Below, in pieces: positions 1 to 11,425 of a stretch of 64,000 nt of DNA. Both the position numbers and the translations under genes were made by a program. Below the pieces are notes generated by a model. The model was not told where the DNA came from and did not search any database. It worked only from the letters and a program-made list of their open reading frames with translations. This DNA comes from Narcine bancroftii (Eukaryota): positions 16,058,001 to 16,122,000 of the forward strand of contig NC_091475.1 in NCBI RefSeq assembly GCF_036971445.1, given 5' to 3'. Position 1 is the first letter of the stretch; each line of letters opens with the position of its first letter.

Positions 1-109
1 TTGGCTGGTAATTTATACACTCACTGTTTATTTTTAATTTCAAGCTGGAGGTTGAGTCAAACTCAGATGACTGATAACTAAGCACAAATCAATCGCCCAA
101 ATTGGTTTG

Positions 110-128
110 ATCCCGGACAAATCCCCCA
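110..128 (-). other. tRNA-Pro-like primer binding site
   Basis: Minus strand TGGGGGATTTGTCCGGGAT versus the canonical tRNA-Pro PBS TGGGGGCTCGTCCGGGAT, 5 nt from the LTR end. Confidence 0.7.
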
Positions 129-133
129 AATTA

Positions 134-487
134 TGTTATAAGATCAAACCAGCAACCACAAAAGAAGGCAGATCACACAGGGGTAAAGATGAATAATTAT
201 TTTATTAACAAAAATTTCACCTTCAAACTTTAATTCAATATCACCCCCCCCCCCCACTTTTATAACAATGCCCACTGGTTACTCTTTAACAGTGTAAAAC
301 TAATAAATTCCCCAGCCTAAATATAACATACATAATCAAAGTCTAAGCTACACTTCTAACCAGCCCACAGAAAAACTTAGACACAAACAAACTCAAAACA
401 CACAAGACTCACAAAACTTCGACCTCAACTGAAGCACAGATCATAAACAAAATTCAGTTTGTTTGGTAAATCGAAGCCAAAACATCT

Positions 488-525
<38 letters not shown>

Positions 526-853
526 ATAAAATTCAAAGTTGTTTTGTGTTGCTTGCAGAGAGAGGAACAACGGATCCTTCTGGCTGCCTTCGAAATATAC
601 ATCCTTTTTGAAATCCCAACATTCTAAACTGTCCTCCAGACCATGACTCGTGCTCTGGGCCTCCTTCCACTCCACAGCACCACGCAGTGGTGGTTTATCA
701 TCCAAGTCCAGAAAATTTTAGATCATTTTCTGCACATGGTCAGTCTGTCTCCCACTCTCTCAACAGTCCGCCTTCACCTTGGCTCTCTAAGGCAAACTGT
801 CACTTTTTAACACAAAACCACACAACACATACACAACACAGAACTCTGCAACA
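134..853 (-). mobile_element. LTR, probably the 5' LTR of a minus-strand LTR retroelement extending off the left edge
   Basis: TGTTA...CAACA termini and high similarity to 62310-62977. On the minus strand it is followed directly by a PBS-like sequence. Contains (AG)18 at 489-524. Confidence 0.75.
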
Positions 854-1619
854 CACTCAGCTGGTCAGCTAGCATCTGTGGAAAAACAAACAGTTTCAGG
901 AGGCATATGAGAGAACAGAGATACTGAACAAACAGTTCTTGTTTCAAATGTGGGATTCTTCATCAGAACTGGGAAAGAGAGAAAACAAGTAAAGTCCAGG
1001 CAGCAAAGTGGATGGAAGAGATAGAACAAAGGGAATATGTCTGATAGAGTGAGACCAGATTACTAAACATGACAATAAGTTGCAGTTCAAAATAGGTTAA
1101 GCTTCCTAGTGGGTGCAATGTATTGCTGATAGTAAGTCATGGTGGTGAAGACAGTGTTTGTTACTCATTTGCCTTCTTTGGTCAGGATATTTGAGTACAG
1201 GAGCTGGGTCAACATGTTATAGCTGGATGAGATGTTGGTGAGACCACACTTGGATTATTGTGTATCGTTGTGGTCACTCAGCTTCAAAGAGGATGACATT
1301 AAACTGGAAAGAGTGCAGTAATACCTCAGGCAGACAGCTTGATCGACGCAGACAAAATGGGTCGAAGAGCATTTCCTTGCTGTTTAACTTTGTGACTGTA
1401 GGCCTGAAAGCTTGCAGAATGGCAATTATACTGTCTAGCATGGTGAAGCCTTTATGATTCAATGTCAAAGTCTCCAACTTTAGATAACATTCTTTCCTCC
1501 TGTCTGTTTCAGATCTGGCAAGATCCATTTGTCCTCATTTTTGGCTTTTTTTTTGTGTACAGTCTAGCCTGCTGGCCCTATCCCACAGTCTCACCATTTA
1601 ACTCAGATTGAGAAAATTA

Positions 1620-2406
1620 CTGTATTTGACGGCATATAATTTTGTCCCAAAATTGGCTCAAAAATATCCCCCAGGATTTATGTGCGAAGTTGAAATTGAG
1701 CTGCTCGCCAAGCTTCAAGAAGCCCACAGTGGAGCTGTGGCTACACGCCACAGCTTCATAGGCCATCTTCCCTTGTTTCCACCAGTGAGAAGGCCCACCA
1801 TGGCAGCCCCTGCCAGCAGGCAATGGCTGTGTTTGTCGTACCTGCTGATGATATGATCGATTGCTTGCTTTGAGGGGAGCACTGGGCTTTGGTGATCAGG
1901 CTCCAACAGGCTGCTTGCTCACTGCCACCCGCCCTTCTGGCTCATTCAATTTGCTTGGGAGGGGCCATGCTCATTTATCAAAGGCTCAGTGTGGAGCCTG
2001 ATCACCGAGGCCTTGTGCTCCCCTCAAAGCAAGCAATCGATCTGCCATGCCCACAGATCCCGGCATGCCTGTTAATCAATCGGTGTTTGCACAGTGTTGG
2101 GGGTGGGGGGATGTGACCTGAGTCTCAGTGAGTGGTGGGCAGGACGGCATGTTGCTGCTGAGGTTCGTATGCGAGGAGGCCGATGGCGGGTCACAGCCCA
2201 ACATGGTGAAGAGCTCGAGTGAGTGGTGTACCAACAAATTTGGTTTTGGCATGCAAGGCATGTGCGCACATGCATGCGCGTTATCCACAAGGGGAACTGC
2301 AGGAGGAACCTGTTCACTGTAAAGGCATTAAAAAATTTCTTAATATTCCCTGCTGAAATGGGAGCAGTCTTATATGGCCATGGGTCTTGAATGCCGTCAA
2401 ATATAG
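1620..2406. mobile_element. Non-autonomous Tc1/mariner/pogo-type DNA transposon (MITE)
   Basis: TIRs CTGTATTTGACGGCAT / ATGCCGTCAAATATAG (15 of 16 match), TA on both flanks, internal inverted repeat. Confidence 0.7.
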
Positions 2407-3299
2407 TAATATGACTTTAACTGCCAGATTAAGTCATCTTGTCTCAAACTCTCAGGAGTGTTCCATTTGTTCTAGCCATCCCTCCCCTCTCTTCCCTGTT
2501 GCCTAAAATTAATTGTTTTGAATTCTTTTTCTCTTCTGATAAAAGATTCTGGACCGCAAATATGAACTTTCCACAGATGCTGCCTGATCTGCTGAGTATT
2601 TACAGCAACTTTTGTTTGGATGAGATTTATATAGTAATGTTAAAAAAAAATTCAAACAGGTCCACAAATAAATAACCACGGACAGCTGTGAACGCTTTCA
2701 AGTCAATGCAATCTGCCATGAGAATTAGCACAAAGTTCAATTTAACCTTGGAGTCGGCAGAGTTTGAACTCTCACGATAGATTGTTAGTCTTTTTCCTCT
2801 CTGCCGATCAAAGTGGCTGCATATCAAATATCTTCTTTTTATAACTTGTAACATTGAAAACTTTCATAGGTCTTTTGGGAAAAGTTCTAAAATGGAAGAT
2901 TTAGATTCAGTAAGGATCCCTTTTAAAAAAAGATTTAAAATCTTTTGTAAATCAAAAAAATATGAAACTTTCTAGTCATGGTGCAAAATTAATATATTGA
3001 CTTTATTTGAGGAATGCCACCACATTTACTTTAGAATCAGCAAATTGGAGAATATTATTATTTCAGAGTTAAAAGATAACTTCTTTTTCCATGAACAAAT
3101 GAGGTAAGCAAATGTTTTTTTTAACATTTGTGTTCAGAAGTGAAAACATTCTATAATCACAAATGGCGGGGGGGGGGGGGGGGGGAGGGTTCCTGCTGTT
3201 ATCTATAGAAAGCACTCAAACATAGAAACTTGGCCCTAACCTGACACATTATAATTAGGAACATCTGGAAGGAAAAGTGAAACCTCTATTTAACAAACG

Positions 3300-3710
3300 A
3301 TGTGTCAGCCCACTGCTTTACACCTATGGATGTGGCTATGGACAATTCAAATGCCATCAATAAATTTGCTGATGCCACCACTGTTGTCAGTATGCAGGAG
3401 GGAGCTGGTTGAGTGGTATATCACAACAACAACCTTGCGCTCAATGTTAGCGTAACTGAGGAGCTGATTGTGGACTTCAGGAGAGGGAAATCAGGAGAAC
3501 ACAAACCACTCCACATTGAGAGGTCAGCAGTGGAATGGGTTATGAACTTCAAATTTCTGGGTGTCAACATTTCTGAAGATCTGTCCTGGGGGCTCCACAT
3601 CGATGCAGTCACAAAGAAGGCTCGCCAGCGGCTATACTTTCTGAGGAGTTTGAGGAGATTTGGCATGTCACCGAAGACTTGCAAATTTCTACAGGTGTAC
3701 CGTGGAGTTG
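3300..3710 (+). mobile_element. Rex1/Babar-type LINE RT fragment
   Basis: Degenerate KFAD, LNVSxTEELIVDFRR, FKFLGVNISEDLSW and KKARQRLYFLRSLRRFG. Confidence 0.75.
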
Positions 3711-3717
3711 CATCACT

Positions 3718-4045
3718 AGCCCTTTTCACACTGGCTAATTGGTAAATTGGCCGTTTAATAAACCGGTTAAAGAAGTAGTTTTTACCATTCACACTGGACC
3801 ACTGTTAACTGGTTCTCTGCGTCCTATCACACTCACCACCAGGCATCCCCAAGGAGAGAGGCACCTGTCCTCCACTAGTGACATCTGAGTGCTGCCGAGT
3901 GCTGCAGACCTGCCCTCCCAGAATTCCGTGCGGTAGAGAAACGCCTCCATGATTGCTTTGTACATGTAGTCCTTTCTCTGCCGCACAGAACTCTGGGAGG
4001 GCAGGTCTGCCATTGCGCTCTTGCTCTCTCTCTGTGACTTTCCCA
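3718..4045. mobile_element. Truncated MITE-like element, related copy at about 59346-59475
   Basis: Both loci share tagcccttttca...ttcacactggaccactgttaac...tcacactcaccaccaggcat. Confidence 0.5.
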
Positions 4046-4349
4046 TGGTCTTAATAAATTATGCACCTATGTGTTTAATTGCTGCTACCACTTTACCACA
4101 GTTCTTTATAAATTTATAAAGGTTTATGTAGGTCAGCACAATATCAGGGGCTAAAACTCATATTGCTGTACATAAAGCTTAATTATGTTATAATTAGGCA
4201 TGATTAATTTTGTTTAAATACAAGATCATAATACATTTATCAGGATTTCGTAAATTGAATATGAAGTTATACCTTTTTAATCTTTTGTTTCCTTCACGTT
4301 CCTGCACTCACCCAAAAAATGTCATCAACATGTCCCTGGATAGTCAATT

Positions 4350-4521
4350 TCCCTTTCACACTGGGCTAGTCAGCACGCAGACATCAAATGACCCTGGGGA
4401 TGATAGACCCTACCTTGGCGGTCTATCCCCAGGGTGATTTGATGCCTGCATCCCAATTCATGAGCATTCACACTGGCCCTTTAACTGTTAATTACTTGGA
4501 TAAGGTGCAGTGTGAAAGGGA
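4350..4521. mobile_element. Short palindromic MITE (Harbinger-like)
   Basis: TIRs TCCCTTTCACACTG / CAGTGTGAAAGGGA, with an internal hairpin ACCCTGGGGAT..AGACC...GGTCTATCCCCAGGGT. Confidence 0.55.
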
Positions 4522-5360
4522 CTACTATCTGGTATGGAGGTGCCAATGTAGAGGACAGAAAAGACTACAGAGTTGTGAACTTGCATCATGTCAATACACT
4601 GATGGAATTACACCATGTTTTTTTCTGATAATGCATCTTGTGATTAACAATTGCTTAAATGTTGACAAGAATTCAGAGTTAAGTAATTCCATTCAATTTC
4701 AAGTAACATCTAGTTTACTCAAGGCACATATTTATTGTGTGAATGGAGACACATGAGATTGCAGATACTGGAATTTGGAGAAAGAAAAAAACAAATCATT
4801 GGAGGAACTTTGATGTGTGATTGCATGGTTAGATACGGATACAAATCCAAAGGCTTTTAAGGGCTTATTAAGTGTGTATTTACCAGGTGTATATGTGCGG
4901 ACATATGCAGCTTGAATGCCAATTATCTAAGCAATATTGCGAAAATTCCAATGATCCAAATGTGGAATTATTAACTATTTGAAAGATAGCAAAAGATTAT
5001 AATGGAATACCTAGTTCAGCTGGACATTCATTTGTCTCTTGCGATGCCACTTATATTGAACACAGAACAGTACAGCTCAGTCTTCGGCCCACAATGTTGT
5101 GATGACCTGTATGAATCTACTTCACCATCAATCTCTCACTTCCCAACTTCACAAACCATAAACCTCCATTTTTCTTCCATCCATGTGCCAAGCTAAGAGT
5201 CTTATAAAAGTGATAATCTCATTTCCTTCTAGGTCCAATGAATGTTTCTTCCAGTGGGTTGGCACATTTTTTCTCTTTTGTGAAAATGTAATTTATACAT
5301 GATTTGTCAGTGTATTTTATGTTCTTGTAACAAGCAAGACTTTTAGTGCAACTGTGTATT

Positions 5361-5361
<1 letters not shown>

Positions 5362-5396
<35 letters not shown>
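5362..5396. repeat. (CA)n microsatellite
   Basis: About 17 perfect CA units. Confidence 0.95.
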
Positions 5397-5398
<2 letters not shown>

Positions 5399-5744
5399 AT
5401 ATACATAGGGAAGACTATGTTGTAAAATTTATTCAGACATGCCAAAGTAAGGTGAGAAAGATTCCTTATTTGCTGCCCTGTAAATTTTCTAGACATTAGA
5501 TAAGAAAATGCATATCTGAGCTTTTAATGAAGATACGTTTATGTTTACCTGAGTGATCACTGAGAACAAAGAAAAATATCGACAAAATATACATATGGAG
5601 AAATAAATCAGGCAGCATCTGTGGAGAAAGAATCATTGTTAATATTTGGGTCATGATCAATCATCAAATGCTGTCTGATTTATTGAAAATATCTATCATA
5701 TTCTGTTTTATTTCAGATTTCTAGAACTGTCTTTTTTTTAGCAT

Positions 5745-6295
5745 GTTTGCATAGGTTTGGTATGACATCAGAAACCCTGGCTGCGTCACGGTCTGATATG
5801 GGGCAGCAATACACTTGAGCGTCAAACCCTCAAAATGTAGTGGACACAGCCCAGGACATCACAGGCAAAACCTTCCCCACCATCAAGAACATCTGCAGGG
5901 AATACTGCCGTCAGAGAGCAGCAGCCATCAAGGATGCACACCACCCAGCACACGCCCTGTTCTCGCTGCTACCATCAGGAAACAGGCATAAGTGCCACAA
6001 GACTTGCACTCTCAGATTCAGGAACAGCTGCTACCCCTCCAGCATCAGACATCTCATCAACAGACTCAATCAAGGACTAATTTAAGAACTCTTACTTATG
6101 TACTTTGTTGATTTTTTTTTCTCTGTCTTGCACAGTCAGTTTGTTTACATTTCTTTATTTGTTTTCATGGGTACATTGAGTACAGTTTTTTGGCGCTACC
6201 AATAAGTGCTAATTCTACCATACGAGCAGAAAAATAGAATCTCGGTTATGTGATTTCATGCATTTACTCTTGATAATAAATCTGAATTCGAAGTC
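5745..6295 (+). mobile_element. Rex1/Babar-type LINE 3' end
   Basis: AQDITGK..PTI, HPAHALFSLLPSG..T.RFRNSCYP and an AATAAATCTGAA tail. The same family occurs at about 47340-47830 (-), 49450-50430 (+) and 53510-53860 (-). Confidence 0.7.
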
Positions 6296-7948
6296 AATTG
6301 AAGTCAATACAGATGAGTTCATTGCTGCACTTAAGGTGTAAAAACACATGCATACCAATAACTGTTTTGTCCAAAAGCCATTATTGTGCAATGTACATTT
6401 AAATGTGCGTGATATATCTTGGTACTGATCATTTTCTAATTTGTTTTGGTACTCATTTATGTGGCCTAGTTATTGCTGGACCAATGAAGCCAAGAGTAAG
6501 TTGCCTAGTGTCATGTGGCATCATTAAGGTTAAACGTGAATGTTAACTTTGATTTTCTCCTCATTTATTTCTCCATTTATCAGTTTTTTTCTTTCATTTT
6601 TAGGGATTTGGACTTTGCTGGCAAGGCCAGATTTCTCTGTTAATTTCTAACCTGTAACTGAGTAAATTATCCCAAAATATATATATTTATTTAAAATTAT
6701 ATATTTATGTATATATGTGATCATTATGTGCTGTGTATGGCGCATGTATGTGTGTGCCCCATGCTCTGGATGAAACGCTGTTATATCTGGTTGTATCGAT
6801 GCAGTCAGATGATAATAAACTTGGACATTTATCTAAGTTGTGATCAGTCATCTTCTTGGATTGCTGCATTTCTTTTGAAAGAATTCCCATATAGGCCATT
6901 TCAGATTTTTTTTGTTCCCATCATTGATGAGACAAACCACATATATCCAAATCAGCAAAATGCACAACTTAAGACAGGAACCGCGAGGTAGAAGTGCTCT
7001 CATGCACCTCCTGCTTTTTTTCCTTGGTGAGGTCAGAGATTTGGGAGGTGCCATTAAGAAAGGCATGGACAAGCAGTGAGTGCCTTTTGTAAACATTACA
7101 CACCTGCTGTCACTGATAGTAGAGGGAATGAACATATAGATTGATTGAAGGGTTGCCTTCATATGGTAAAGAGCTTCCGAGAGTTGTTGCCCACTCCTCA
7201 TCCAAGTACTGTAAATAGAGAGTATTCTCTAACAAAGGCTCAAGGTGCAAGGAGGTGAGTCTTTGACTGCAGGGATCTCCAGCTTTTGATCAGGAAGTTA
7301 TGTAGTCAAATTTCTGGTCAGTAATAATCCCAGAATGTTGAGTGATGGTAGTTCTCTTGGATACCTGGACTAGGTAGTCAGGCTCTCTTGAGATTATCAT
7401 TGATGAGTACATTAAGGGCAGGAATGTTTCTTGCCACTTATCAGCCTGCACCTGAATGTTGACTAAGTCTTGTATCAAAATCTACTGGAGGAAATATATG
7501 GGTCAGACAGCATCTGTAATCTCCCGCGTTTAGGTCTTCTTGTAGGCAGGTACTTGCTGCTTCATGGGATGAGTTGTAAGTGAAATTCACTATCATTAAC
7601 AAAGTTTACTTTAAGATGGAAAAATCACTGATGAAACAGCTGGATGAGCCTTGAACGTGACTCTGACGAACAGCTACAGTGATGCCTTTGGACTGGGGGG
7701 GGTGATTGCCGCCAACACTCAGAACCATCATTTGTTTACAGGGCCATCGCCCTGTATGGGAGGATTTCAAGTCAACTTTATTTATCATTCATACAGTCAG
7801 AAGAGAGTGTTTCTCTAGGAGCATGGAACAAATTTACATAAATATAACTTAGGAAAGTAGTTAACACATAAAAATATTAAGGTATCAAGACTAAAGGTAT
7901 TTCTCCTCTGACCTCAGTTCTATAAGGGCATCTTGATGCCATAGTTAC

Positions 7949-8065
7949 TCAAATATGTCTTGATATCAAGGACAGTCATTTTCAGCTTAGCTGTGAATTG
8001 CAGCTGTTTCAAATATGTTTTGATATCAAGGACAGTAATTTTCAGCTTAACTCTGCAATGCAGCT
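7949..8065. repeat. About 2x 60-bp tandem duplication
   Basis: tcaaatatgtYttgatatcaaggacagtMattttcagctta... repeated at a 60-nt period. Confidence 0.85.
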
Positions 8066-8224
8066 CTCGAGTTCATGGAACCGAATGGTTCTGGTGTAAT
8101 CCAAATTGGCGTGAGTGGATAACATGACTGCATTGTTCACAGCCACGTCCAGTAATTGCTCAAGACAAGCTAAATCATATCCATCTTTAAGTTTTTTCAA
8201 TAATTTACCCTTCACTAGGTCAGA

Positions 8225-8440
8225 TTGTGGGTGGTGCAGTTAGTACAATGCTATTACAGTGCCAGTGACCCAGGTTTAAATTTAGTACTGTTTGTAAGAA
8301 GTTTGGACTTTCTCTACGTGGGTTTTCCCCTGTGCTCCCATCTTCCAAAAACGCTCAGGGTTTGGACATTAATTGGTGTATTTGGGGAAGCACAGGCTTG
8401 TGGGCCAGAAGGGACTGTTACCGGGCTGTAACTAAATTTT
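8225..8440 (+). mobile_element. tRNA-derived SINE
   Basis: A/B-box-like head (gtgcagttag...ggtttaaat). Related copies at about 16230-16480 (-), 16560-16800 (-), 52520-52720 (-), 56905-57135 (+) and 58780-58995 (+). Confidence 0.6.
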
Positions 8441-8551
8441 TAAAAATGTATAAACATGACAATTGTTCAATTCCATTCCTTAGACAATTTAGCAGTCTTT
8501 ATCAGCAAGAGCAAGACCTGGACAACATTGAAGCCCTGTTTGCCAAGTACA

Positions 8552-8600
8552 TTTATTAAATGATTGCAGTGAACAGTTTCAGAAGAGGAGGAATTTTATT
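8552..8600 (-). terminator. Candidate ATP5PO polyadenylation signals (AATAAA at 8600-8595 and 8557-8552)
   Basis: Two tttatt hexamers about 95 and 140 nt past the stop codon. Confidence 0.6.
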
Positions 8601-8694
8601 TTTTTGTTCATTATGTAGACATTGACCACTGTAAATAGTGAAACAAATTTACATTAAACATTCAATAGAAAATCCAGATCAGAGAGCACTGCTG

Positions 8695-8808
8695 CTATAT
8701 AGCTTCATTTATTAGTTTGCTCAGTTTCTGAATTTTAGTTTTCGTGGACATATCGGCATACTTGTCACCGATGCTGACAATCATTCCACCCAGTATTGAA
8801 GGATCGGT
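8695..8808 (-). CDS. ATP5PO: ATP5PO coding exon 7, terminal ([37 protein letters not shown])
   Basis: 114 nt after a pyrimidine tract and AG. Has the C-terminal OSCP signature [17 protein letters not shown] and a TAG stop. The seven exons sum to 636 nt (211 aa). Confidence 0.98.
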   Translation of the reverse strand, partial: TDPSILGGMIVSIGDKYADMSTKTKIQKLSKLINEAI

Positions 8809-10000
8809 CTAGCATTAAAAAAGAAAAAAAAAATTAAAACAAGATAGCAATGCATCTTCCTGCAGTTTAAAAAACATTTTCCTGTTACCAAATTCAAGAG
8901 GTATTCCATCTGGATTTCTCGGGTTGCATCGATTTCAACTCAGACCAGAACTGCAGAGATTAAACAAAATTTGGCAGTCTGTGCAAAATTTGCTGTTCCC
9001 ATCTGGGCAAGTAGCAGGTACATAATGGAAACATACTACTTTGGTTTATTCAAGAGGGGATAGGAAGGAAGTACTGAAGGACACTTAGGGTCTTAAGGAC
9101 TTTTGGAGGTCCATCAGTATAGACAGCCCATTGAGAAGATTTATCATGTTTTTATGGTTGAATTGCACTTAATGTACACATCAAATCTCACATGAATACG
9201 GTCAAGGGTAGTGAATTATTAATTTCACAAAACAGAACAGAGGCACGAAATATCCATAAAGTCGAATCTGAACTGGTTTCTAAATCCCAACCTCAGGATT
9301 ACTTGATTGTTAACCACCATCACAGAACTACTACCACAAATAAAATGTGTTAAATTTTGTCTGTGCACTCTTCCAGCAAGTCTTGATATCATGTCCTCAA
9401 AATGTAGTGACCTTTATGTTAAATATTCCCATCAGAAATTTGAGAAATGGATTTCCTATATTTACAGAAATGTGCAGTTGTATTTATCCCTTTCCCTAAT
9501 AGTAGCCAATTATACATCTCCCAGCTTCTTAACTTGCACCCAATAAACAGCATAGAATAAGGCCATTGATCCAACTCATTCAAATCCCTAATGCTTCCCC
9601 CAAGCAGTGAATGCATACCTCGAGTTTTTAAAAGTTAGAGATACAAGGAAAGTGAAGTTTGATGGGTTGTATCTGTGGGCTAACTGGATTGCTCCAAGGA
9701 GAGGGCGCAAGCTCAGTGGACAAAAGATCTTCCGAGCTATGCAACTGCACTTTTCCACCAGCCTTCTTCCACTGCACTTTGCTCAAACCTTTCAGCGTAA
9801 CCTGTTCTTTCTGTTATTAAACTTCAATTTATCCACATTTAACAAGAAATTCTCCTATATTTATAAACTTCTATTGCAGTTCCCAAATAATTGGAATCAT
9901 TCCCACATTCACACTATCAATTTCTTTCAACCTCGACAAATCCTCTTTTGGCCCCCTCTAAACAGCCAATTCAGGTCAATTACTTATGCTTCAGCCTTAC

Positions 10001-10087
10001 CTTGGTCTCCAGTTTCAGGGTTTCATTTTTTTTGAGGAAACCATTAAGAGCAGCCTTTAACTCTGTAAGATTTGCTTCATCCAGAGG
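10001..10087 (-). CDS. ATP5PO: ATP5PO coding exon 6 (PLDEANLTELKAALNGFLKKNETLKLETK)
   Basis: 87 nt, ttttacag|...|gtaagg. In frame with exons 5 and 7. Confidence 0.96.
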
Positions 10088-10302
10088 CTGTAAAATGAAG
10101 AAGATTTTCAAATAAACTTCAACCAATAACCATTTTCAATGTTGTTGAAGGTTTAACTTTGGGCTCGAACCTTTCACTTAGATTCCCAATTAAGGAATTC
10201 ATTTTATTATTTATTTGTTGGCCAAGATAAAATCAGCAGAAGTGAACTTCAAGGTTCACTATATATTATTAATACAACTGTGCAATGAAGAATTCATTTT
10301 AC

Positions 10303-10415
10303 CTGAGCAGTAATGACTGAGCAGAGAACTTCCCCACGATGAGCACTCATAATCTTACTGAACGCCATAGCAACGTCAGGGGTTTGACGCAATCGTCCAT
10401 TCTCGGCTAACAAAT
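10303..10415 (-). CDS. ATP5PO: ATP5PO coding exon 5 ([38 protein letters not shown])
   Basis: 113 nt, cttcag|...|gtaaaa. Completes the split codon from exon 4 and has the LLAENGRL and HRGEV motifs. Confidence 0.98.
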
Positions 10416-11425
10416 CTGAAGGCAATGAATAAGATTTCACTCTTTATCAGTAGTCATATTCTGGAAATCAGATCAGTTGCAATATTTGAAACAGAATGAA
10501 AGATGTCAAGAGGCAAACATGGTATTTTAAAGAAATGAATGCATTCTTTAATACCCTCCTTATCTGTGAACAATTTCCTCCCTTTCCCTGAACTCACGAT
10601 GGAACTCATTGCCAAATGAGTCACCACCAGTTCTCTAACTGCAAAGGATATCAAATTTCCCCATGACACTTTGCTTGTTGGCAATGCCAAAATCTTAAAG
10701 TGTATTTTAATCATAATTGACAATTAGTATTAGTGATGCAATTTTGCATATACGTAAATATTGTTCAGTCTTTCTTGAGAGTTATTTGAAGGCAAATACA
10801 AAAATATTAACATTTTACCATTGCAAAAGTAATTTACTCAGTTTTCATAGTCAAATACAAAGAACTGTTAAATTTTGTTTTGTTGGTACCAGACAAAATC
10901 AGTGGTAATAAAGTTATAGAAAACCATTAGAATTATTATGTCTTCCCAAAGAAAAGTGGATAAACATTAGAAGCAGAGAAGATTGTGAGCTATGAAATGA
11001 TACAAGGTAGTATAGATTTGTTTTGGATTAGTCCCGAACCAGTGCAGATACATAGAGCCACATTTTAAAATTGCAAAATCATACGCTTCTGGTTCTCCAG
11101 ATAACTGGAACATAACTCTGGTTTTATTGTGGAAAATTTTAGATTCTGAAAAAAATACTGCTCTGAGACCTTTTGCAAAACAACTATCCTGTCCTTTTTT
11201 TCCCTTTTGCCAAAGGTTTAAATGTGCTGTTCAACAAAAACACATTGGATTACAGACACTGTAATCTTCTAACTATCTCACTTATTAGCATCTAATCTTG
11301 TCAAGATGATGTTTTCAGCTTGTATCCAGCTACTGTATGATTGTTGATTTCTTTATTTGGCCAATGAATGTATTTACTTGCTAAACTGCAGATAGTTTCC
11401 CAACAAATTCTACTGAATATAATTA

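Noticed and set aside
2627-2854. Possible exon of a neighbouring gene (ITSN1 might be expected by synteny)
   Set aside because: No recognisable protein similarity in any frame I read and no convincing splice pair.
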